Positions 23,670 through 36,548 of a stretch of DNA of 64,000 nt are shown piece after piece. The stretch is from Heteronotia binoei (taxonomy: Eukaryota), in assembly GCF_032191835.1 (NCBI RefSeq), contig NC_083237.1, positions 10,850,001 through 10,914,000 on the forward strand, written 5' to 3'. The stretch's first letter is position 1. The number at the start of each line of letters is the position of its first letter. The notes below the pieces were generated by a model. The model was given only the letters and a program-made list of their open reading frames with translations, had not been told where the DNA came from and made no database searches. A program made the translations under genes and the position numbers.

Positions 23670-23810
23670 TGATCACGCACACTAAATAATGCACTTTAAA
23701 TCCACTTGCAGTGCACTTTCCACCTGAATTTTGCTGTGTGAACAGGCAAAATCCAATTGGGTTAGTACAATGAAAGTGGATTTAAAGTGAATTGTTTAGT
23801 GTGTGTCATC
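23670..23810. mobile_element. Short palindromic MITE-like element
   Basis: Inverted arms cacactaaataatgcactttaaatccactt / aagtggatttaaagtgaattgtttagtgtg. Confidence 0.6.
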
Positions 23811-24103
23811 TCAGTCCCTAAGTCCTGCTTCTCTTGCACAAAGTTGGGTGGATTTTTTTTTTTTTTTAAAAAGGCTACTGGATGCTCTATTTAAAACAAA
23901 AGAAAACAATTCCCAGAAAATCAGAAGTGCATTTGGTATGCTCAAACTGAAATTTCAAGGAGCAGCTGGCCCTTGTTAGACAGAAAATGCAGTGACCCAT
24001 TTCAGAGATAACCAGCCCTCAGCTCCAACACTTACTTTCCTGGTATTTCCTCCTTCCCATTTAATAAAATTGGAAATCCTTTCCACAATTAGAGCTATAT
24101 AAA

Positions 24104-24385
24104 AGGTAAAGGTAGTCCCCTGTGCAAGCACCAATCATTTCTGACTCTGGGGTGACATCGAATCAGAACGTTTTCATGGCAGACTTTTTACGGGGTGGTT
24201 TGCCATTGCCGTCCCCAGTCATCTACACTTTCCCCCAGCAAGCTGGGTACTCATTTTACTGACCTTGAAGGATGGAAGGCTGAGTCAACCTTGAGCCGTC
24301 TACCTGAACCCAGCTTCCTTTTTTTAGGTCATGGGCAGAGGGCTCCGACTGCAGGACTGAAACTTTACCACTCTGCGCCATGGGG
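24104..24385 (-). mobile_element. Sauria SINE-like element
   Basis: Same core as 10800-11087, with an (AAAGGT)n tail on the left. Confidence 0.8.
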
Positions 24386-25045
24386 TTAGTTAGAATATAT
24401 ACGATGATGTATTTATCATTAGATCATCTTGGCTAATGGCTCCTTTTGAGAATCATGTGCTCTGGGGAAGAATAAAAATGTCCTTCAAAATGGAGTTACA
24501 CCATTCAAAGCCAATAACTTTCAATATACTTAGATGGGTGTAAATCTGTTTGGCATGGCACTGTAAATGTGTTGATTAATGACTTACTGACTTCTCATCT
24601 TCTACACAATGACTATACTAATACGTTGCAGGGTCCATAGGAACTCACTCCAGAAAGTTACACTGAACCGATGTGGGGGCGGGAGGGAGGGGTCAATCAA
24701 GGTCAGTATTACCTACTAAGGTCCAACTCAAGAAATATCTGGGGGCTTTGGGGGTGGAGCCAGGAGACTTTGGGATAGAGCCCGGAGCAAGGGTATGACA
24801 AGCACAACTGAACTCCTTGTCCACTGAATAGTAGGTGCAGCTGCATAACAATCCCTGGATTAGGAGAGCAAGCAGCCAACCAGCCAAAAGGGGCTTTATA
24901 AGTGTTACAAAGATATTGTCCCTGCACACTTAAGCACTACACCAAACTGGCTTTCCTACTAAGAGAAGAGCTGGAAAATTCTAGCAGAGAGTGAACTGGG
25001 AGGGTGTTAACTTATATATCTACAACTAACTAACTAACTAAGGGA

Positions 25046-27045
25046 AAGAAGGACTCCTTTAAGCGGCGGAAAGCTAGTCCAAATGAGATTAATAAAAGGG
25101 AACACAGGATGTGGCAAATAAAATGCAAGACTGTGATCAGGCAGGCAAAAAGGGACTATGAGAAGCATATTGCAAAAAACATAATGACCAACAATAAAAA
25201 TTTCTTCAAATATATTAGAAGCAGGAAACCAGCCAGGGAGGCAGTGGGGCCCTTGGATGACCAAGGGGTCAAAGGATTACTGAAGGAGGATAGGGAAATG
25301 GCTGAGAAGCTGAATGCATTTTTTGCCTCCGCCTTCACTGTGGAAGATGAGAAGTGTTTGCCTGCTCCAGAACCACTTATTTTGGAAGGGGTGTTGAAAG
25401 ACCTGAGTCAGATTGAGGTGACAAGAGAGGAGGTCCTACAACTGATAGACGAATTAAAAACTAATAAGTCACCAGGTCCGGATGGCATGCATCCAAGAGT
25501 TCTGAAAGAACTCAAAATTGAACTTGTGGATCTTCTGACAAAAATATGTAATCTTTCATTGAAATCTGCCTCCGTTCCTGAGGACTGGAAGGTAGCAAAT
25601 GTCACCCCCATCTTTAAAAAAGGGTTCCAGAGGAGATCTGGGAAACTACAGCCCAGTCAGTCTGACTTCAATACCGGAAAGTTGGTAGAAACCATTATCA
25701 AGGACAGAATGAGAAGGCACATTGATGAACACGAGTTATTGAGGAAGACTCAGCATGGGTTCTGTAAGGGAAGATCTTGCCTCACTAACCTGTTACATTT
25801 CTTTAAGGGGGTGAACAAACATGTGGACAAAGGAGACCCAATAGATGTTGTTTACCTTGACTTCCAGAAAGCTTTTGATAAAGTTCCTCATCAAAAGTTC
25901 CTTAGTAAGCTCAAGACTCATGGAGTAAAAGGACAGGTCCTCTTGTGGATCAAAGCCTGGCTAATTAATAGGAAGCAGAGAGTGAGTATAAATGGGCAGT
26001 CTTTGCAGTGGAGGATGGTAAGCAGTGGAGTGCCGCAGGGCTCAGTACTGGGTCCCATGCTCTTTAACTTGTTCATAAATGATTTGGAGTTGAGAGTGAG
26101 CAGTGAAGTGGCCAAGTTTGCAGATGACACTAAATTGTTCAGGGTAGTGAGAACCAGAGAGGATTGTGAGGAACTCCAAAGGGATCTGTTGAGGCTGGGT
26201 GAGTGGGCGTCAACGTGGCAGATGAGGTTCAATGTGGCCAAGTGCAAAGTAATGCACATTGGGGCCAAAAATCCCAGCTACAAATACAAGTTGATGGGGT
26301 GTGAACTGACAGAGACTGACCAAGAGAGAGATCTGGGGTCGTGGTAGATAACTCACTGAAAATGTCAAGACAGTGTGCGATTGCAATAAAAAAGGCCAAC
26401 GCCATGCTGGGAATTATTAGGAAGGGAATTGAAAACAAATCAGCCAGTATCATAATGCCCCTGTATAAATCAATGGTCGGTCTCATTTGGAATACTGTGT
26501 GCAATTCTGGTCACCGCACCTCAAAAAGGATACTATAGCATTGGAAAATGTGCAGAAAAGGGCAACTAGAATGATTAAAGGGTTGGAACACTTTCCCTAT
26601 GAAGAAAGGTTAAAACACTTGGGGCTCTTTAGCTTGTAGAAACTTCGACTGCGGGGTGATATGATAGAGGTTTACAAGATAATGCATGGGATGGAGAAAG
26701 TAGAGAAAGAAGTCCTTTTCTCCTTTTCTCACAATACAAGGACTCGTGGGCATTTGATGATATTGCTGAGAAGTCAGTTAGAATGGATAAAAGGAAGTAC
26801 TTCTTCACCCAAAGCGTGATTAACATGTGGAATTCACTGCCACAGGAGGTGGTAGCAGCTACAAGCATAGCCAGCTTCAAGAGGGGGTTATATAAAAATA
26901 TGGAGCAGAGGTCCATCAGTGGCTATTAGCCACAGTGTGTGCGTGTGTGTGTGTGTGTAATTTTTTTGGCCACTGTGTGACACAGAATGTTGGACTGGAT
27001 GGGCCATTGGCCTGATCCAACATGGCTTCTCTTATGTTATTATGC
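25046..27045 (+). mobile_element. 5'-truncated CR1 LINE (2 kb; RT domain with frameshifts)
   Basis: ORF 25109..26347 has KSPGPDG, QHGFCKGRSCLTNL, GVPQGSVLGP and FADD; further frameshifts downstream; 3' UTR and tail present. Confidence 0.95.
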
Positions 27046-27941
27046 TAACCGTGTTACAGCTTGATCCTAAACAGATCATAAACCCAACTTGGGTTTTGTG
27101 GTGATTTTTTTTAAAAACGGAAATCCCATGCACAGCATCTGGAGAGCAAAAGGGGGGGGGAGGGATTTAAGCTGCTCACTAAGGAGAGAAAAGGCGTACC
27201 ACCACCAAGACTTGGCATTTGTGCAACAGTGCAACCTGCCAAAGTCTTGGTGATGGTATGCCTTTGTTGCTCCTTGCTGACCTTCTCACAGTAGGTGCTG
27301 TCATTGTCCTGGCTTCTCTTGGCCTAGAACATCCTCCTTCCCCTTCTGATTCATTACTTTCTTGTGAATGTGGACCTGCCTGCATATAAGAATAAGAGTT
27401 TTCCTTCCTCAGAGGTGATTCCACTTGAGCCTCCACACTTCAAAATTCACAGAAGGTAATAGTATGCTCAGTTGTAATTTTTCTTGGTTCCTGTATTTTA
27501 CTTAAAGTAATAGTATACTCATTTGGAATTCCACTTGGTCCCTGTATTTCTAAATTACAGAATACACAAACATACACACCCAAAGCAATGGAAACTTCCT
27601 GATGAGGTTTCAGTTCACAATACATCAGGAAACAACTCAACAATATCCACTGACTGAATTTACCTCTATGAGAACAGGTTGGGAAGGAGGAATTCTGTCA
27701 GTGGCTTTCCAGGCTCACCTCTGCTACCACTTTAGAAATGCTAATAGGTCTAGTTAGCATTTAAGGACATAAGAGAAGCCATGATGGATCAGGCCAATGG
27801 CCCATCCATCCAACATCCTGTGTCACACAGTGGTCAAGAAAAAAATCGAGCTAACATCTAGCAAAAGATGTCCAAGCTTCCCCTTTCCTCCAGGCAAGGA
27901 ACAGAGGCTTAAAGATGTTAAATGTTAGAAGAACACTAGGA

Positions 27942-28105
27942 AAGAAGAACAAGACTGCAGATTTATACCCCGCCCTTCTCTCTGAATCAGAAATTCAGAG
28001 TGGCTTACAACCTCCTATATCTTCTTCCCCCACAACAGACACCCTGTGAGGTTGGTGGAGCCGAGGGAACTCTCACAGAAACTGCCCTTTCAAAGGTGCA
28101 GCTCT
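27942..28105 (-). mobile_element. SINE 3' half ((GAA)n-tailed family)
   Basis: aagactgcagatttataccccgcccttctctctgaatcag... Confidence 0.8.
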
Positions 28106-28860
28106 GCTAGAGCAATTAGGGGGTGGTGGTTATGACCATCTATGGCTTTCTGAGGCACTCGACCCTGATTTACATCTGGCACAGCCAGCTGTAGAACATT
28201 GTTCCCTCCTAGGCCATTTTTTGTTATTCAGGAATGAGATCAGAGAACTATCCTCCATCGTTTTGCTCAATACTAGATGAATAAAGAGGCTGGAGGTATG
28301 TGTGTGTCTGAAGAACCTTTCTAAACTGGAGTGTTCGCATTTCACCTGTTTCTTTTGTATCCCTCACTCAGTCTGGTGATGGGCTAAAGTATGCTTGTAA
28401 ACATGAAACTGTAATATAAGAAACAGATTACTGCAAAACGTTTGCAGTCAGCATTTACAAACAATCAGCCTTTATTATCGCATAACAAGATAAACATGAG
28501 ACAAAAGAAATAAAAAAATAAGAAATTACGGTACAGTTAGATAATATCAATTATTTCCAAAGCTTCTGCTAGCTCAGCTTTATGGAGAGTTGCCACCTGC
28601 TCAGTTATACCTGGGAAAGAGTCATTCTAAAATATATGTATTTACAGATCATACAATCTGTTCTTTATTCTCTTTTCTTTATTTCTTGGATCTGTCCCTT
28701 TTTGTGTGTACTTGCTTAGAAAAGGAGGAGAACACTGGAATTCCCCATCTGCCTGCTGGCAGAGAAGCAGTGTCACTTAAGGAAGAAGAGAGATATTAAG
28801 AAGTGAAATAATGACATGAGCTGAAACAAACAGAAGGTACTTTCCAAAGAAAGAACCAAA

Positions 28861-29413
28861 TGTAATGTCTTAACACAAGAAGCAGAACCAGGTATGCAAA
28901 GCACAAACATTTAGTAACCATAGAACAGGTGTATTAGCCATTGTTAAAACGCAGAAGCAGAACTACTGTAGTAAAAGACATGACATGGTTGAACAGGCCA
29001 TGATAACAGTAAAGATTAATAGCAATAGAGACTAATAAGTAGCAAGTACGCAGGCATAATCAAGTAATGAATATTAACTGACACACCCTACTTCGGAGAA
29101 AGGTAAATTTAAATGCACATGCAATGTATGTAACGGGAGGGGTACATATCAAGGAGGGAGTATGACATAGGCGATCGGATAGGCTGTATCTTCTGAGTAC
29201 CTAAGCCTATGGGGAAACAAGGAGGGACTCATTGGTCGGGAGTAGAAGATAAAAGGGCATGTATGGAACTGATCAGAGAGCTCGTTGCAAAGTGTCACCC
29301 CTCTTTCTTGATATCAATAAAGTTGTATATTTTAAAGGAGACTCCCAACTGACAGCTCTTTTTCTTTGAATCTCCAGGAGGGGCCGGGAAAGGCGGATAA
29401 ATTGTCTCTAACA
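28861..29413 (+). mobile_element. Probable solo LTR
   Basis: Begins TGTAA and ends AACA. Contains ATTGG (29231), TATA-like GATAAAA (29248) and AATAAA (29316) in LTR order. No matching TSD found; 5' boundary uncertain. Confidence 0.5.
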
Positions 29414-29432
29414 TTAAGAATCACCAACCTGA

Positions 29433-30334
29433 TTATCTTTTTCTCCTTATTAGTTCCTCTCTCCTGTTCAGCTCAGGTCTCAACACAATAATGAAGCATT
29501 TGGGGAAAAATATACAGCCTAATAACCCAGCACTGGACACCAAGATAGAGAAGATTTCTACCATTACCATGGATTTCCCTTTGGTGCTGAGATAGGTTGG
29601 AACAAAAGACACCCAAACACTGCAAAAGATCAACATGCTGAAGGTGATGAACTTGGCTTCATTAAAACTGTTCGGCAACTTCCTAGCTAGGAAAGCCACA
29701 GTCAAACTCATGATGGATAGAAGTCCCATATAACCCAGAACAATGTAGAACATGAAAACAGACCCTTCATTACATTCTACTATGATCTCTTCAGTCAATG
29801 ACAGTGTGTCAAAATCTGGGAACGGTGGTGAGGTTGCTAGCCACACTATAGAAATGCCCACCTGAATGAGGGAGCAAGAAAGGACAGCTGACTTAGCCAG
29901 CCATTTCCCTAGCCACCTCTTCATGCTGGATCCTGGTTTAGTGGCCATGAAAGCAACAACCACAGTGATGGTTTTGGCCAACACACAGGAAACAGCCACT
30001 GAAAAGACAATGCTGAAAGTTGACAGTCGAAAGAAGCAGGTCACCTGACTTGGTTGCCCAACAAATAGCAAGGAAGAGAGGAAGCAGAACAGGAGGGAAA
30101 TGAGAAGTGCGTAGGTGATGTCCAGGTTGTTGGCTTTGACAACAGGAGTGTTTTTGTGCTTAATAAAAGTTCCTAATACTACAGTTGTGAGAAGAGCTAA
30201 AGAAGCAGCTATGGAAGCCAAAGAAATTCCTAAAGGTTCATCAAAAGACAGGAAGTTTAAGGTCTTGGGAATGCATCCATCTTGGTCCTTGTTTGAATAC
30301 TGACCACTTTGGCATTTGGTGCAATCGTCCATAT
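29433..30334 (-). CDS. V2R copy A exon 6 (7TM domain)
   Basis: DMDDCTKC...VKANN...[18 protein letters not shown]...[15 protein letters not shown]; TAA at 29435-29433. Confidence 0.95.
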
Positions 30335-33300
30335 CTGGAAAACAAAAGATAAAGGGGAGCTATCACAGAGACTCACTGTATAACTCACTGAAAATGTCAA
30401 GACAGTGTGTGTTTGCAATAAAAAAGGCCAACACCATGCTGGGAATTATTAGGAAGGGAATTGAAAACAAATCAGCCAGTATCATAATGCCCCTGTATAA
30501 ATCGATGGTGTGGTCTCATTTGGAGTACTGTGTGCAGTTCTGGTTGCCGCACCTCAAAAAGGATATTATAGCATTGGAGAAAGTCCAGAAAAGGGCAACT
30601 AGAATGATTAAAGGGCTGGAACACTTTCCCTATGAAGAAAGGTTGAAACACTTGGGACTCTTTAGCTTGGAGAAACGTCGACTGCGGGGTGACATGATAG
30701 AGGTTTACAAGATAATGCATGGGATGCAGAAAGTAGAGAAAGAGGTACTTTTCTCCCTTTCTTACAATACAAGAACTCGTGGGCATTCGATGAAATTGCT
30801 GAGCAGACAGGTTAAAACGGATAAAAGGAAGTACTTCTTCACCCAAAGGGTGATTAACACGTGGAATTCACTGCCACAGGAGGTGGTGGCGGCCACAAGC
30901 ATGGCCACCTTCAAGAGGGGTTAGAAAAAAATATGGCACAGAGGTCCATCAGTGGCTATTAGCCACAGTGTGTGTGAGTGTGTGTGTATATAATATATAT
31001 ATTATATATATATAATATATATATTAAAATTTTGGCCACTGTGTGACACAGAGTGTTGGACTAGATTGGCCATTCGCCTGATCCAACATGGCTTCTCTTA
31101 TGTTCTTAGACACTTGCCATGAGAATGAGTATGATAGAAGCATTGTGACTGTATTTGATGTGGGAACAATGCTGAAAATGTTCATGTTCGATTTCTGCTG
31201 CTCTATCTAGATGTGGTGGTACTCAAACTTCCAATTTAACATTTGAAATGATGGTGATGGCGGTGGTGGTGGTGGTGGTTTAGCAATCAGATTTCTTTTT
31301 GCTTTAATCATTTCAACAGATCGTATGGAATATAACTTTCATGCATATAAGACATTATGTTATGGGGTGCCATAAGACTTTCAGCCATGCAGGTAATGAG
31401 GAATATTTTTAAATGTACAAATAAATGTGTCAACTGATGTCTAAACAAAAATGTGCATATGCCGACTAAAACTTGATCTTTGAGTATTCAGAATAGCTTC
31501 CAAAATGATGATATTGAAGGGATTGTAGTACAGGACACCATATTTGGTTGACATTGAAAAAAAGTGCCCTGGGAACCAAATATGAGAAGCTTATCCTGTT
31601 AGATACTGGTTGTAACATTAACTGGTGGACATCCTCACGAGGGCAGAGGCAGTAGTCTACCAAAAGGTCCCTGAACATCACTGCAGAGAAGAGGACAGTG
31701 GGCAGAATGAAGGATGGGCTGAATGTGGCCAGGTGGTCAGATGATTGGATGCAAGTGACTTGCTTTTGCAGTGGTGATGAGCGGAGATGAGATTCTGTTA
31801 TGGTTAAGGAAAGATTGGTGCATTACGTTACCTACCCTTCTGGCTTGAAATCTTCCCTTCTGGGCAAGGAACACAATCATAGCAACAAAATGTCTCCCCT
31901 TCCTTCCTCCTCTTGTGAAAGCCAGGGTTGCAGTAGTCATTGCACAAAGAAATGGACACCATCTATCCAAAAACATGAGCAGCGATCCAGGAAAGAGGTG
32001 TCAGATTTTTTTTTTAAAAAATTCTTTATTAACTGATATAGAAACAAAAAGCGAGCAATTAAAATGGTGTGACCATTATCCTTGCAAAAATAAGGGGGAG
32101 GGGAATCTCCAGATAGATAGGGGAAAGGGAGAGGCAATGCAGGGGGAAATGAGGTATCCCTAGCAAGTCTTTGCAGGTTCTTCATTGCACAATTGCACCC
32201 AGCTCAACCTCCCATATGCAACTTGGCTAAACTCTTCCCCAAGAGGAGCCTAGGGGGGCAGAGAAGGAAAGCTGAAGACAGAGAGGGTAGATAAACATTG
32301 GCTGGTTGGTTGGGATGTGAGAAGAAGAGAAGGAACCAGGAAAATAGAGGGTGTATATATAGGCTGCCAGGAAGGATGCCGCTATGATTTGAGAAATTCC
32401 TGACATTTGGGAGCTTGAGCCATGGGAGGGAGGAAGCTGGATAAGAGAGGGACTACAGTGGCTTAATATGTCATAGAGTACGCCCTCCAAAGCATCCGGG
32501 GGAACTGATCTCTGTAGGCTGGAGAGCAGTTTTACTTCTGGGAAATCTCCAATCCCCACCTGGAGGTTGGAAACCTGAGCAGGGGAAGAAGAAGAAGACA
32601 ATGACTTTGGATTTATATTTCACCCTCCACTCTGAATCTCGGGGCAGCTCACAATCTCCTTTATCTTTCTCACTCAAAACAAACACCCTGTGAGGTAGGT
32701 GGGGCTGAGAGGTCTCTCACAGCAGCTGCCCATTCAAGGACAAGCTCTACGAGAGCTATGGCTGACCCAAGGCTATTCCAGCAGCTGCAAGTGGGGAATC
32801 AAACCCGATTTTCCCAGATAAGAGTCCATGCATTTAACCACTACACCAAATTGGCTCTCAAAAGATGAAAGAGTGGTGTAGGGACTAAACAGATGCCCCT
32901 GCAAGTATTTTCAGGTCCCCCATTTGTAAAAAATCTAAAATGTATTGAAAAAGTAATGTTTCATCCATCTGTATTGTTCCATTCTATGCACTGAATCATA
33001 GTTTTTGAAAATGCAACTATTTAGTTCTTACCCTAACTTGAATCGCATATACAGTTCAATCATATTGTCAAACAATTTGATACTTTAAATCTATATTTCT
33101 ACTTAGTACTCCAAAACAAAATATGGTCTTTCATGATGACCAAAATAGGGGGCTGTTGCTGAATCTCTTGCCCAGTGATTAGAATGGCCCCTGAAAAGAC
33201 CCTGAAATCCATACCTTGTTAAAACTTGTTTGCCACACAATCATGTTCTCATGAACAAGTAATTCTTGTCCTTCAGGAGCATTGAAATTCACACTTCCAA

Positions 33301-36300
33301 TTTTCACCCTGGAGAAGCTCTTATTTGGGAATGTGACCAAGTTCATTATATCAAATCCACATCCAATTTCCCATTGATCATTAAAAGACAAGATTTCTCC
33401 AGCTGAATTGTTAAATGAAATGCCTTGAAGAAATGTGTGAATCTGGTCCAAAGGAGAACATGAAAAAGAGTTGACATTTTAATGTCAAATTGATCAACTT
33501 CTCTCCTTTCAGACACATTTTCATGGGGATTCATAGCCTGATAATTTCATGTTTGCAGAAGAATGAAATTTTACAGATTACCTTTCATCAGTATTCACAT
33601 ATCGGGACAAATGAGAATGCAAAAATTGTTGAAGAAGATGGAGAGGTCTGCAGATTTATACCCCACCCTACTCTCTGAATCAGAGTCTCAGAGTGGCTTA
33701 CAATCTCATTTTTCTTCTTCTCCCACAACAAACACCATGTGAGGTGGGTGGGGCTGAGAGAGCTCTCCCAGAAGCTTCCCTTTCAGGGACAACTCTTACG
33801 AGAGCTATGGCTGGCCCAAGGCCATTCCAGCAGCTGCAAGTGTAGGAGTGGGGAATTGAACCGGGTTCTCCCAGATAAGAGTCCGCACACTTAACCACTA
33901 CACCAAACTGTTGCCATTGAATAATATGCTCATCATTTCACCATTTATACAGATTGTGAAAATGTATCCATTTGAACAGATTATGCTACAATATTCATGA
34001 AAATAGAGTTATTTGAGTCTCAAGGTTACCTGCCAAGACTGGAGATCATGCCATTCCGCTCCTTGACCCCTGTCCATTGATCTGTCACTGGATTTCGATG
34101 AATACATGGCATGCAAACTATGTGCCACAGCATAGACTGCATTGTAGATGCTGTAACTGTAGCCTGTCATGTGCAATTCAAAAAGGTGTTCAGGAAGACT
34201 CTCCAGTCTCTCCTCCCCAGTACATGTTTCATTGATCTTCACTGTCTTCTGAGGATTTGAATAAAAACAGTCAAATGCTTGCTCCCAGAATATTTTGAGA
34301 AAACCATTTTCCTGTTTCCCATAAGGTTTTATGTCTCGAAGAAATCTCAGGAATCCGAGAACTTCATTGGAGTGAATTGTGAAGAAAATGGTCCCATGGA
34401 AGAACTGGAAATCCCAGGCCTTTTGAAGGCCTGTTAATGCAAAATCAACCTGGGCTGTCATAATCCATACCTTTCTCAATGATACAATGCCATGAAATCC
34501 AGGATCAGCTAGAAACATATAAGTGAGGAATGCAGTAAGTACTCCAGAGTTTCCATAGAACATAAAAGTATTGGCTTTGCTATCTCTCAAAGTTAGATAA
34601 ATAGTGAAAACTAAATCAAAAACATCTCCTATTGAATCCCAATAGGTCTTTTTGATGACCCTGTGTATAAAAGCTAAACAGATGCCATTTTGGGAGAGCA
34701 GTGGCTCCAAGATCTTCAAGAAATGTTCTCCACTGTCATCATCCACAGCAAAAAGCCCAACCCATGTCCACTGGAAATGGAGAAGTAAACGGATGATCCC
34801 CATATTCTGATGGGCTTCATTTGGGACCATGCGGTAAAAGGAAGGGGACCGTTTCGCATTTCGCTCCTCTGGAGCAAATGATCCATATGTCAGCTAAAAA
34901 TAAGTGTACACATATATTAGACATGTGTTAAAAAGGCTGTTTGGGTTCATGCTTCTATGAATATTTCATGAAGGAATCTGTAGATTAAACAGGAGGGAAA
35001 ACCCAATGGATTCATCTCATATTGTCTGTGAAAGAAACATGTAAAAATATTCTTATGCTATCACTTGAATGCAAGAAGTTCGCTTTTATTGAATCAATCC
35101 CCAGTCTATCACAATGAGACAGTCACACCTCTCCATCTTTTTAAATCTCAGAATACCTCCCTGAAAATAAAGAAGAAGAAGAAGAAGAAGAAGATATTGG
35201 ATTTATACCCCGCTCTCCACTCCGAAGAGTAATAATACATAATACATACATACATACATAAATAATAAACATTATTATTGTCCAATCACTCATTGTTCCT
35301 TGAACAGGTCTGACCTGTGGTATCTTGTAGAGACTTAGGATGTCTGCCATGCAGAAAGAGATATCAGAATTAAGTCCCCCAATGATGGCTACCAAGTTTT
35401 TGTGGTTATCACATTCATAGTTAGGAAAATACCGATGTGATTTACAGAGTAGATCAAGAGTGGTGCGATACGTCATCTTCATGTCGTGGTAGTTGTCATA
35501 GATGTGATATCCAAGAGTAACGTTGGGCAAGATGCTGAGATTTTGGTTGATCTCATTTATGGCAAACACCAAGGCCAGGACATGCTGATGGAACTTGGTC
35601 ACCATACTGTAAACAGAAATACCTGCCCTGAAATTGGAATACTTTATATTTGTTTGTCATAACACTGATCCATTTCATATATGATTTAGCTACGGTATAA
35701 GGATAACCTTGATTTTGTTACATTTGTTACTGAAGCTGTCTAAGCTAATAAAACTCTCGTTCTCCTTAAGTTAAGATTGTTAAGATCAGACTGCATTGTA
35801 CCTCAACCAAGTATCTGCTGGGCGTCTCTCACTCCTGCCTCATGTAAGCAGCCCACAAGCAAGACAAGTGCGACCTAGCCCTGCTCAGAAGGCTGAAGGA
35901 AACTCAACATTCTTAGTAGGCATACCTCACTGCTCCCAGATCTCACTTATGAGAGGACCTTTCTCTTCAGACTTTCTTATAAGGGGACCTTTGTCTTCAG
36001 CCTCTCTTAGGAAGGGACCTCTCTCTTCAGCCTTTCTTATGAGGGGACCAGTCACTGCTATCTGTCCTGGATTTTTGTCCCCCTTTGAGTTTAATGCTGG
36101 GGGTACATCAGTCAGGGTCCTTTGGTGAAGTTGGCCATAGGGATCTACTCAGTCCTTTTGGTATCTTAAACAAATAGTAGCTTTATTCTATGATCAACAG
36201 CTCTAGAGACTATACAGGCTCTGAGAATTGTGGTGCAAGTTCTCATAAAGGGAATGAAGCCAGTTTGCCCTGGAAAACAATTATGGGCCAAGAATACGAG

Positions 36301-36548
36301 AGAAACACTTCAAAAGAGAAAATAATTCCTTACTAAGGATCCATGTACAACTCCTGAGCTGGATGTTGACTGAAGGTTTTTTCAGCTGGGTAGTGATATA
36401 AGTGAGAAGCAATTCCACCTATGAGGAAATCTCCTGGCTGGTACCATTCATGTGGAACAGGGAGGGGATCTTTCCAACGACACCTGCTGGCATTTGATTT
36501 GCATCCCTTTGGAAACAGGAGCAACAGTGGCACCACCAGTTCCAACAT
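29433..36548 (-). CDS. Vomeronasal type-2 receptor (class C GPCR), copy A, intact, 6 exons, 875 aa
   Basis: Exons 36548-36334, 35606-35315, 34893-34030, 33442-33215, 31962-31836 and 30334-29433 (215+292+864+228+127+902 = 2628 nt). All introns are GT-AG and phases are consistent. Encodes signal peptide, Venus-flytrap, Cys-rich and 7TM regions. Confidence 0.93.
30376..31108 (+). mobile_element. 5'-truncated CR1 in V2R-A intron 5 (predates the duplication)
   Basis: ORF2 C-terminus plus 3' UTR; same insertion site in copy B. Confidence 0.92.
31836..31962 (-). CDS. V2R copy A exon 5 (Cys-rich domain)
   Basis: [42 protein letters not shown]; AG/GT boundaries; not present in the ORF track. Confidence 0.93.
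32585..32858 (-). mobile_element. SINE ((GAA)n family) in V2R-A intron 4
   Basis: Family match; orthologous copy at 43354-43627. Confidence 0.85.
33215..33442 (-). CDS. V2R copy A exon 4
   Basis: 228 bp, [16 protein letters not shown]...WQTSFNK. Confidence 0.93.
33631..33910 (-). mobile_element. SINE ((GAA)n family) in V2R-A intron 3
   Basis: Family match; orthologous copy at 44400-44679. Confidence 0.85.
34030..34893 (-). CDS. V2R copy A exon 3
   Basis: 864 bp, LTYGSFAP...SFYRMVPNE...[10 protein letters not shown]...SWQ. Confidence 0.94.
35315..35606 (-). CDS. V2R copy A exon 2
   Basis: 292 bp, [20 protein letters not shown]...[12 protein letters not shown]...YKIPQ. Confidence 0.94.
35946..36050. 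repeat. 30-bp tandem repeat (about 3.5 units) in V2R intron 1
   Basis: Units of cttatgagrggacctytstcttcagmcttt; also at about 46620-46725. Confidence 0.75.
36334..36548 (-). CDS. V2R copy A exon 1
   Basis: Hydrophobic leader [13 protein letters not shown], then C...[20 protein letters not shown]; donor GTAAG. Confidence 0.88.

Noticed and set aside
30316-30924. 202-aa ORF suggesting a V2R-CR1 fusion (also 39209-39817)
   Set aside because: It is the CR1 ORF2 C-terminus read through from an antisense ATG in the V2R exon; the two are on opposite strands.
31466-31681. Candidate V2R exon 5
   Set aside because: It lacks the Cys-rich pattern; the true exon 5 is at 31836-31962.
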